Below, piece after piece: positions 25,314 through 32,000 of a DNA stretch of 32,000 bases (position 1 is the first letter of the stretch; each line of letters starts with the position of its first letter). The notes beneath the pieces were generated by a model, which searched no databases, was not told the origin of the DNA, and saw nothing but the letters and a program-made list of their open reading frames with translations. Made by a program: the position numbers and the translations under genes. Source of the stretch: Dubosiella newyorkensis (lineage in GTDB: Bacteria; Bacillota_I; Bacilli_A; Erysipelotrichales; Erysipelotrichaceae); NCBI RefSeq assembly GCF_001945605.1, contig NZ_MPKA01000053.1:6527-38526 (forward strand). Reading direction: 5' to 3'.

Positions 25314-25471
25314 ATTATAGGACAGAAAAAGATGAGTCATAGAGTTAAGGATGTTCAAACACAGTTCGCTTTTTCTCCAGTGATGTTTGTTCAACCTATT
25401 TTTTGTTTCTCATCTATTCAAGCTTTCGTCTTGGTTTACACTTATATTATGGCTTGATATATTCTCGTTTT

Positions 25472-26473
25472 CTATTGAATTGCCCACGATGAATCGCCGC
25501 TAAGATCTGCAGACCCTCGGCGCCCCACTTTATTCGCGATCTCTCCTGCGACAGCGATCATACATGCATTATCCGTACAACAATACATAGGAGGGACAGT
25601 GAATTCGATCTTTGGATACTTTTGCCTTAGTTCTTCCACTTTTTCGCGCAATCTAGAGTTTGCGGAAACACCGCCCCCTACAACAAAATGCTGAATATCT
25701 GGATAATCTTTCAAAACCCGCTCTACCCGAGAAAAGATCTCATTTAATGCTGTTTCTTGAAAGCTAGCGGCAAGATCTTCCATTTTAAATGTTTCGTGAG
25801 CTTTTTCTTTTCTTTTGACAAACTGTAAAACACCTGATTTTAGTCCTGAAAACGAAAAATCATATTTACCTTCTGTCTTCGGTTGCGGAAGACTATAGAT
25901 CGGCTCCCCTTGTTTGGCCAACTGATCGATTTTAGGCCCACCCGGATAGCCAAGATCAAGTACCCGGGCCACTTTGTCATAGGCTTCTCCGATCGCGTCA
26001 TCTTGCGTTTCTCCTAAGATTTCGAAACTATGTTCATCTTTCATGTAAACAAGTTCAGAATTTCCACCACTGACGACCAAAGCTAAAAGTGGATATTTTA
26101 AATCTACGACAAGAGAATTGGCGTAAATATGACCAGCTAAATGATGGACTGGAATAAGTGGTTTATGAAAAGCAAAGGCTAGTGTCTTGGCCGCTTGCAC
26201 ACCTACATGCAGACATCCAATCAAGCCAGGACCTTTTGTCACAGCTATCGCATCGATTTGTTCCATCGTCATATTGGCTTCTTTCAACGCTTTTTCTATA
26301 CAGATGGAAATATTTTCGACATGGATCCGGCTAGCCACTTCAGGTACGACGCCTCCAAATTCCGTATGGACATCGATTTGCGAGGCGACCACCGAAGAAA
26401 GGATTTCTTTTCCATCTTTAACAATGGCGACTGCGGTTTCATCGCAGCTGCTTTCTATTCCTAAAATAATCAT
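25472..26473 (-). CDS. tsaD: tRNA N6-adenosine threonylcarbamoyltransferase
   Basis: Begins MIILGIESSCDETAVAIV and carries HH.AGH, VSGG and GGGVSAN patterns (Kae1/TsaD family). Confidence 0.95.
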   Translation of the reverse strand: MIILGIESSCDETAVAIVKDGKEILSSVVASQIDVHTEFGGVVPEVASRIHVENISICIEKALKEANMTMEQIDAIAVTKGPGLIGCLHVGVQAAKTLAFAFHKPLIPVHHLAGHIYANSLVVDLKYPLLALVVSGGNSELVYMKDEHSFEILGETQDDAIGEAYDKVARVLDLGYPGGPKIDQLAKQGEPIYSLPQPKTEGKYDFSFSGLKSGVLQFVKRKEKAHETFKMEDLAASFQETALNEIFSRVERVLKDYPDIQHFVVGGGVSANSRLREKVEELRQKYPKIEFTVPPMYCCTDNACMIAVAGEIANKVGRRGSADLSGDSSWAIQ

Positions 26474-26919
26474 TATATTCCTCCAATTGGCTTTGACATA
26501 TAGATGGCTGTCTGACCATCTGAATAATATTTTTTAGAGCGGTTGGTTTCGATAAACCCAAATTTTTCATAAAGGTGACGAGCCGTTTGATTTGATTCCT
26601 TTACTTCTAAAGAAAACAATTCACATCCTTTTTGGATCGCTTCCATTTCTAGAAATTTCAAAAATTCCATTCCATATCCATTATTTCTTTCTTCGGGAGC
26701 GATCGCGATATCGGCGATGTCCGCTCGTTCGAACAAGATCCATAAAAAAGCGAAGCCAACGATTTTTTTTCCTTCGAGCATGAGCCAGCCTGTAGAAAAG
26801 GGGTTACCTTCGATTTCATAACAAATATTGTCATATGTCCATGGATCGCTGAAGCACTTTTGTTCAAGTTCAAAAACTGCTTTTGCATGGCTCAGATCCA
26901 TTTCGATAAAATCGATCAT
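26473..26919 (-). CDS. rimI: Ribosomal-protein-alanine N-acetyltransferase (GNAT)
   Basis: GNAT motif (RNNGYGMEFL) in the canonical position between tsaB and tsaD. TAATG stop/start junction with tsaD. Confidence 0.85.
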   Translation of the reverse strand: MIDFIEMDLSHAKAVFELEQKCFSDPWTYDNICYEIEGNPFSTGWLMLEGKKIVGFAFLWILFERADIADIAIAPEERNNGYGMEFLKFLEMEAIQKGCELFSLEVKESNQTARHLYEKFGFIETNRSKKYYSDGQTAIYMSKPIGGI

Positions 26920-27515
26920 GCTTTATATGCCTCGCTACTTTTTAAATACTCGGGTGTCAAGGTATGCTTGTTTTCGACGCGTTGTGCGTCTAGGAGCAAG
27001 TCACCGAAATTTTTTAAATAATCACTGCTTTGTCCTTGCTGTCCAATTAAATAGGCATCTCCAAAAACGGGAGCTGGATGCGCTTTTAAAAATGACTCCC
27101 CTTGGTCGAGCGTAATGATCTTCGGCCCTTCGATCAACTTGCCATTTTCTAGATAAGCCGCGTATACACGAGAAGAGCGAGCATCCAAAATAACATTGGC
27201 TTTTTCTTCTTTTCCAGCATAAAGCTGCATCGTAGAAATCGTTTTGAGCGTTTGACCCATTTGGGTGCTTAAAACTTTTGCGATTGTCATGGCGATTCGT
27301 ATTCCTGTATAGCTACCTGGTCCTTTCGTGATCACGATTTGATCAAAATCTTTATAATCGAGATCGTTTTTTTTCAAGAGGCGTTCAAGTTCAACAAAAA
27401 TCGTTTCACTTTGTTTTTTGAAAGCTTCGAAGGCGATCCCATCGATCAATCCATTCTCGTCGTATAAACCGATAATCAAATTTTTATAAGCACTATCCAT
27501 ACATAGACTAAGCAT
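26916..27515 (-). CDS. tsaB: tRNA t6A biosynthesis protein TsaB
   Basis: Short ASKHA-fold protein with GPGSYTGIRI, in the canonical operon position. ATGA overlap with rimI. Confidence 0.9.
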   Translation of the reverse strand: MLSLCMDSAYKNLIIGLYDENGLIDGIAFEAFKKQSETIFVELERLLKKNDLDYKDFDQIVITKGPGSYTGIRIAMTIAKVLSTQMGQTLKTISTMQLYAGKEEKANVILDARSSRVYAAYLENGKLIEGPKIITLDQGESFLKAHPAPVFGDAYLIGQQGQSSDYLKNFGDLLLDAQRVENKHTLTPEYLKSSEAYKA

Positions 27516-27963
27516 TTTCGTACTCCTTTACAATTTCTTGAGAAACGGGTCCTGTTCCTAACAATTCAATCGTTCTTTCTTCTCCATCTCGAGCAAAAAT
27601 ATTCATTTCGATGTGATCAGAAGGGATCTGGTTTTCAATAAAGTGAGACCATTCGATAACACAGATACCTTCATCAAAACATTCTTCAAATCCAAGATCT
27701 TGATCGAGTCCTTCCAACCGATAAGCATCAATGTGAAAGAATGGTTTATCATCGCCTTGAACATAATTTTTCATAATCGTGAATGTAGGTGAGTTGATGG
27801 TCTTTTTTACGCCTAATGCTTTTCCAAAGGCTTGCGTCCATGTCGTTTTACCAGCACCTAGATCGCCACTCAAACAAATGACGATATTCTTTCCTTGAAT
27901 TAAAGAAGCAAGATTTTGAGCCAGTTCTTTCGTTTCCTTGATCGAATGGATTTTGATATTCAT
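27508..27963 (-). CDS. tsaE: tRNA t6A biosynthesis ATPase TsaE
   Basis: P-loop LSGDLGAGKTT, SPTF and HID.YRL patterns. ATGA overlap with the rarA stop. Confidence 0.9.
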   Translation of the reverse strand: MNIKIHSIKETKELAQNLASLIQGKNIVICLSGDLGAGKTTWTQAFGKALGVKKTINSPTFTIMKNYVQGDDKPFFHIDAYRLEGLDQDLGFEECFDEGICVIEWSHFIENQIPSDHIEMNIFARDGEERTIELLGTGPVSQEIVKEYENA

Positions 27964-29333
27964 GATTTTTTCATTCTCCTTAATCTATGATAGTTGGCTT
28001 TGATCGCGTTGATCTGTTCCATGCGTTTTTTAACTTTTTGTTCCGAACCTTGATCGGAAGGCTGATAATATTCTCTTCCGACAAGTGAATCGGGCAAACA
28101 CTGCATATCGGTCATATGGTAAGCATAGTCATGCGAATATTCATAATTTTCTCCATAGCCTAGATCCTTCATGAGTTTTGTTGGGGCGTTGCGGATGTGC
28201 AGTGGAACAGGTTGTTCTAATGTTTTTCTAGCGTCCTCTTTCGCTGCATTATACGCCACTTCAAGGGCATTTGATTTTGGCGCTAGGCATAAATAAACGA
28301 CTGCGTGGGTCAAATGGACATTGCATTCGGGCATTCCTAAATAATGGGCCGCATTGTATGCAGCTATACAAATTTCGAGCGCTCTTGAATCGGCCATTCC
28401 AATATCTTCGCTGGCCATCCTTACGAGTCTTCGCGCGACGTAAAGCGGATCCTCTCCTGCTTCAAGCATTCGAGCCAGCCAATATATGGCTGCCTGCACA
28501 TCGGAATTGCGGACGCTTTTATGGAGGGCGGAAATAATATTATAATGCTCTTCTCCTTGTTTATCATAGAGTAATGATCTTTTTTGCAGACATTGCTTGA
28601 TGATATCTTGAGATACATGGACTCCATCGACATCGCTTGGCGAATTGATGATGACCATTTCTAATGTATTCAGACAAAAGCGAGCATCGCCATTAGAGAA
28701 AGCGGCAATCTTATCGATGTCTTCCTCGCGGATATCGATATGCATTTGTCCAAATCCTTGTTGAGAACTTAGTGCATGATAGATCAGTTGTTTGAGATCT
28801 TCTCGTTCGAGTGATTGAAGCACGAAGGTTCGACAGCGAGAAAGAAGGGCAGAATTGACTTCAAAGCTTGGATTTTCCGTTGTTGCTCCAATCAAGATGA
28901 TGCTTCCTTTTTCGACATAAGGAAGAAATGCATCTTGTTGGGCTTTATTGAAGCGATGGATCTCATCGACAAATACGATCGTCTTTTTGCCTGCTTTTCG
29001 ATCGAGTTCGGCTTGCTTCATAACGGCTTTAATTTCTTTGATTCCACTTTGCACAGCTGAAAAATCGATAAAGTTCGCTTTCGTTTGATGGGCGATGATT
29101 CGAGCGAGTGTCGTTTTTCCTACTCCTGGCGGGCCCCAAAAGATCATCGAAGGAATTTGATCGTTCTGGATCATCTTCCATAACAGGCTTCCTTTTTGGA
29201 CGAGTTGTTTTTGTCCGGCATATTCTTCGAGTGTTTGGGGACGCATTCGATCAGCCAAAGGCCGAAACACTTCATCTGGTTTTGTTTCTTCTTGTTCAAA
29301 GAGTGTGTTTTGATGTATTTCCATATCGTTCAT
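27960..29333 (-). CDS. rarA: Replication-associated recombination protein A (AAA+ ATPase MgsA/RarA)
   Basis: Carries [13 protein letters not shown], Walker [10 protein letters not shown], Walker [17 protein letters not shown] and the MgsA C-terminal domain. The start is either the ATG at 29333 or the ATG at 29324. The longer ORF-track frame would run across the patatin terminator. Confidence 0.9.
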   Translation of the reverse strand: MNDMEIHQNTLFEQEETKPDEVFRPLADRMRPQTLEEYAGQKQLVQKGSLLWKMIQNDQIPSMIFWGPPGVGKTTLARIIAHQTKANFIDFSAVQSGIKEIKAVMKQAELDRKAGKKTIVFVDEIHRFNKAQQDAFLPYVEKGSIILIGATTENPSFEVNSALLSRCRTFVLQSLEREDLKQLIYHALSSQQGFGQMHIDIREEDIDKIAAFSNGDARFCLNTLEMVIINSPSDVDGVHVSQDIIKQCLQKRSLLYDKQGEEHYNIISALHKSVRNSDVQAAIYWLARMLEAGEDPLYVARRLVRMASEDIGMADSRALEICIAAYNAAHYLGMPECNVHLTHAVVYLCLAPKSNALEVAYNAAKEDARKTLEQPVPLHIRNAPTKLMKDLGYGENYEYSHDYAYHMTDMQCLPDSLVGREYYQPSDQGSEQKVKKRMEQINAIKANYHRLRRMKKS

Positions 29334-29346
29334 TATACTACAATCG

Positions 29347-29374
29347 AAAAAAACCTCATAAAAAGTTATGAGGT
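29347..29374 (-). terminator. Rho-independent terminator of the patatin-like gene
   Basis: ACCTCATAA (29353-29361) / TTATGAGGT (29366-29374) with a 4-nt loop, followed on the minus strand by TTTTTT. Confidence 0.65.
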
Positions 29375-30657
29375 CATAGATCGAGCAAAAGTCTACATTT
29401 ATCCAATACGATCCAAGCAATCGCGATATAGTAAGGAAGAAGATACTTTTCTTTTAGCTTATCAAAGCCTTCCGGTAAGTGTAGTCCATAAGAAAGAAAG
29501 GCGGAATGGAAAAAAACGATAAGATCTCGAGCGCCTTTCATTTCCATAAAGCGATATTCGATTTGATAAGGGAGCGTATTCGGATCGGCGTTGAAGTTCT
29601 CTAAATGGATCAGGATCTGTTTTAAAAAATCTTTAAAATGATATTGCTGGAAAAGTTCTAATCCACAAATACATCCGATAGCTTCTAACACTCTTCCTAA
29701 GATATATTCGTTCGAATACTTATTGTTCAAAGGCCGAGGAACATATTGAAACAAAAAGGTATAGATTTCTTTAAGCGCCTCAGGAAGCTCTTTAAGGTCT
29801 GCCTTTTTCCCTGCTTTCTTGATGATTTCTATGCCGATTTTTTCAAGAGTCAGCATATCTTTCCAGTCTTCTTCATAAAATGTATAGAGATAGCCTGGCG
29901 CTTTGTTTAAATACTTTAAAGTTTCTAAATATCCCTCCATAATTTGAGGGGTCAAGTCCGCTCCTGAAAAATCTAGATAATACTTCAGTTTCATCAATGG
30001 GCGGATCAAAAGATGGTTCTCGTCGCTTTGAAAAGGATCCGGTATTTCAAAGTCAGAGATATCGATCGCGATCAATGATGTAGCCCCCATCTCTTGAGCG
30101 AGCTCATAAGGAACGGAATGAGCATAGCCTCCATCCGCATAGTATTCTCCATTGATCTTAATCAAGTTGAATGCCGGAAAATAGGCAGTGCTGGAGAATA
30201 TTTGCTTGATTACATTCTCCTTCGTCATTTCGGATTTATAAAAGGCTTGCGGCTTTTGTTGACTCATATTATAGGAGAGGCATGCATAGTCGATATGAGA
30301 TCCCATAAAGCGATCAAAATCAAAGATTTTTTGATAGCGCGTGATCAATGGTTGGATCGACGGCCCATCCTCGCAAAATAGATCAAAGAATGCGTCGGCG
30401 CTTTGCCCTTTTAAATCCTTCGAAGAATATTGATTCGGAAACATGAACAAAGATTCGGATACATCTTTTTGTTGGAATGTATTGATCCAATCAACGAGTT
30501 TTTGACTGTCTTGTTGAACATAGATCGCTCCGCAAAGAGCGCCGATACTGACGCCTGTCACTAAATCAAAAGTATAACCTAATTTGTTGAGCGCTTGGCA
30601 AACACCAACTTCGTAGCTTCCTTTTGACCCTCCACCACCAAATACGAGTGCTTTCAT
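29374..30657 (-). CDS. Patatin-like phospholipase with an about 200-aa helical C-terminal extension
   Basis: Oxyanion GGGGSKG, nucleophile elbow GVSIG and a catalytic DGG (YADGGY). SD GGAGG. Confidence 0.85.
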   Translation of the reverse strand: MKALVFGGGGSKGSYEVGVCQALNKLGYTFDLVTGVSIGALCGAIYVQQDSQKLVDWINTFQQKDVSESLFMFPNQYSSKDLKGQSADAFFDLFCEDGPSIQPLITRYQKIFDFDRFMGSHIDYACLSYNMSQQKPQAFYKSEMTKENVIKQIFSSTAYFPAFNLIKINGEYYADGGYAHSVPYELAQEMGATSLIAIDISDFEIPDPFQSDENHLLIRPLMKLKYYLDFSGADLTPQIMEGYLETLKYLNKAPGYLYTFYEEDWKDMLTLEKIGIEIIKKAGKKADLKELPEALKEIYTFLFQYVPRPLNNKYSNEYILGRVLEAIGCICGLELFQQYHFKDFLKQILIHLENFNADPNTLPYQIEYRFMEMKGARDLIVFFHSAFLSYGLHLPEGFDKLKEKYLLPYYIAIAWIVLDKCRLLLDL

Positions 30658-30720
30658 TTTCTGAACCTCCGTTTTTTTTATTCTAAGGTTCTATTTCGAA
30701 AATGTAATGAAATATGCTTA

Positions 30721-31188
30721 TCAAAGAATCATTTCCATGCCGATCCGATATGGCTTCATTCCTAAGCTTTCATAAAAAGCTTGGGCTCCAGGATTCAAGC
30801 TCCAAACATTCAATGTGATGTTATAGTAGTCGTTTTGTTGTGCGAATTTGACTACATGTTCATAGAGGGATTTCCCGATATGTTGATGTCGGGCCTTTTC
30901 ATCTACACAAATATCGTCGATATATAATGTTCGAATATCCGTTAGTAGAGAAGAATTCAAGTGTTGTTGATGAAGACAAAAAGCATATCCTAAAACGTGA
31001 TCTTTTTGGTCGCAACTTACAAATATGAATGTATTTTGGTCATCTAAAAGCTTTTCCAATTCTTCTTTATTGTATTTTGTCGCAGGTCCATAAAACAGAT
31101 CGGGCCTTCCGTTATGATGGACCATGTTGACTTGTTCTAAAAGGTCCAAGAGTCTTGGAATATCTTTCATTTTGGCTCTACGAATCAT
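30721..31188 (-). CDS. GNAT-family N-acetyltransferase
   Basis: 155 aa with the acetyl-CoA binding pattern (RHQHIGKSLYE). SD AAGGAGGAA. Confidence 0.8.
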   Translation of the reverse strand: MIRRAKMKDIPRLLDLLEQVNMVHHNGRPDLFYGPATKYNKEELEKLLDDQNTFIFVSCDQKDHVLGYAFCLHQQHLNSSLLTDIRTLYIDDICVDEKARHQHIGKSLYEHVVKFAQQNDYYNITLNVWSLNPGAQAFYESLGMKPYRIGMEMIL

Positions 31189-31197
31189 GGTTCCTCC

Positions 31198-31782
31198 TTA
31201 TCGTGCTGGTTTGTTTTCATTAACTACATTTTCTAAAATAAATTTTCCGTCTTCGTATATATATTTTAGAATACAACAATTATAAAAAGGTTCATTTTTT
31301 TTAATTGGACTTTCGTTTTCCCATTTTCTATAAAAATTTGCGATTGCTCCTCCATGGGAAACGATGAGAACACTCTCATGGTCGGAATGTCTCATGATAT
31401 TTGTGATTGTTTCATTCATTCTTTGTTGAACTTGCGCTCTTGTTTCGCCATTTCCATAGACGGAGAAGAAAGTATCGTATTGATCTAATGGTGGATTCAG
31501 CGATTCGCTTTCGCCGTCGAACTTACCAAAATTCATTTCTTTTAATCCTTTTAATCGCTTATAGGATAAAGTCGTGATCAATTCGAGAGTATCGCTTGCA
31601 CGTTCAGAAGTCGAACAATAAGCGTGGGTAAATTGAATTTTATTTTTTTCAAACCATTCTTTTGCCTTTTTTGCTTGATCGATTCCATTTTGAGTAAGTG
31701 GCGAATCGGTCCATCCTTGGATCCTTTTCTTTTTATTAAATTCCGTTTCTCCATGGCGCATTAAATAGAGTGTTTTTTTCAT
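31198..31782 (-). CDS. Histidine phosphatase family protein (phosphoglycerate mutase-like)
   Basis: The RHG motif (LYLMRHGETEFN) and a downstream SHGG histidine motif. The ATG at 31782 has AAAGGATAGG upstream. Confidence 0.85.
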   Translation of the reverse strand: MKKTLYLMRHGETEFNKKKRIQGWTDSPLTQNGIDQAKKAKEWFEKNKIQFTHAYCSTSERASDTLELITTLSYKRLKGLKEMNFGKFDGESESLNPPLDQYDTFFSVYGNGETRAQVQQRMNETITNIMRHSDHESVLIVSHGGAIANFYRKWENESPIKKNEPFYNCCILKYIYEDGKFILENVVNENKPAR

Positions 31783-31840
31783 AATCCTATCCTTTCTCAT
31801 CCTTGATTTGATGATAATATAAATATTTATATTTACAACA

Positions 31841-31878
31841 CAAAAGAAGACCAGAAAGCATACACTTTCTGGTCTTCT
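31841..31878 (-). terminator. Rho-independent terminator downstream of the 5S rRNA (end of an rRNA operon)
   Basis: 14-bp perfect stem AGAAGACCAGAAAG (31845-31858) / CTTTCTGGTCTTCT (31865-31878) with a 6-nt loop, followed on the minus strand by TTTGTGTTG. Confidence 0.7.
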
Positions 31879-31882
31879 CTAG

Positions 31883-31997
31883 AACCGGCAGCGTCCTATT
31901 CTTGCAGGCGCTAAGCCAACTACCTTCGGCGATGGAGTGCTTGACTTCTGTGTTCGGGACGGGAACAGGTATTTCCACTTCTCTATCACCACCGGAT
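31883..31997 (-). rRNA. rrf: 5S ribosomal RNA
   Basis: The minus strand reads UCCGGUGGUGAUAGAGAAGUGGAAAUACCUGUUCCCGUCCCGAACACAGAAGUCAAGCACUCCAUCGCCGAAGGUAGUUGG...AGAAUAGGACGCUGCCGGU. It contains the universal CCGAAC, GGUAGU and GUAGGAC blocks, and the 5' and 3' ends can pair as helix I. The ends are approximate (+/-3 nt). Confidence 0.85.
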
Positions 31998-32000
31998 CTT

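Noticed and set aside
29374-30657. Patatin-like lipase as a CBASS-type effector.
   Set aside because: No cyclase/nucleotidyltransferase, SAVED/STING-like sensor or E1/E2/JAB genes are adjacent. The neighbours are a GNAT and the rarA/tsa housekeeping operon.
31787-31978. 63-aa minus-strand ORF at the right end of the window.
   Set aside because: It overlaps the 5S rRNA gene and its terminator. The sequence is explained by the rRNA, not by coding.
1-32000. Search for CRISPR arrays, IS elements, integrases, tRNA genes and long direct or inverted repeats.
   Set aside because: I found no periodic repeat-spacer pattern, transposase- or recombinase-like ORF, or cloverleaf-like segment in the intergenic regions. 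The only stable-RNA gene I can support is the 5S rRNA.

Overview
This window looks like chromosomal DNA from a low-GC Gram-positive (Bacillota-type) gut bacterium. The evidence is Shine-Dalgarno sites complementary to a Bacillus-like 16S 3' end, a lipobox lipoprotein, a choloylglycine hydrolase and the gene order rarA-tsaE-tsaB-rimI-tsaD. I support about 34 protein genes, mostly on the minus strand, plus a 5S rRNA at the right edge that marks the end of an rRNA operon lying beyond the window. Recognisable content: the C-terminal part of a CPA1 K+/H+ antiporter, an SDR oxidoreductase and sbcD-sbcC. A tightly coupled four-gene operon follows (2-hydroxyacid dehydrogenase, GNAT, UDG-family protein, CPBP protease). 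Next come a receiver-less OmpR-type winged-helix protein, two tandem paralogous 86-aa proteins and a choloylglycine (bile-salt) hydrolase. After these are an AdhR/NmlR-like MerR regulator, an uncharacterised 295-aa protein, two MATE pumps and one MFS pump, pfkA, a bacterial PH-domain protein, a SemiSWEET, a lipoprotein and a truncated ThiD-like protein. The rest is an alkyltransferase-like (Cys-less MGMT family) protein, a long MerR regulator, guaA, DUF488, a HAD hydrolase, a patatin-like lipase, a second GNAT and a histidine phosphatase. I see no CRISPR array, transposase, integrase, prophage gene or recognisable defence system, so most of the window is ordinary. Four things deserve a second look. 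(1) GATC is extremely over-represented, about one site per 25-40 nt in most genes, and a few AT-rich GATC-poor segments stand out against this. (2) The two small paralogs lack their own SD and are each preceded by an SD-bearing mini-ORF, a hairpin that buries start codons, and an ATGA stop/start overlap. (3) The 295-aa unknown protein carries a PcrA/UvrD-type Tudor-like C-terminal motif. (4) Two MerR genes have candidate promoters with 19-nt spacers. All homology statements come from motif recognition by eye; no searches were run.
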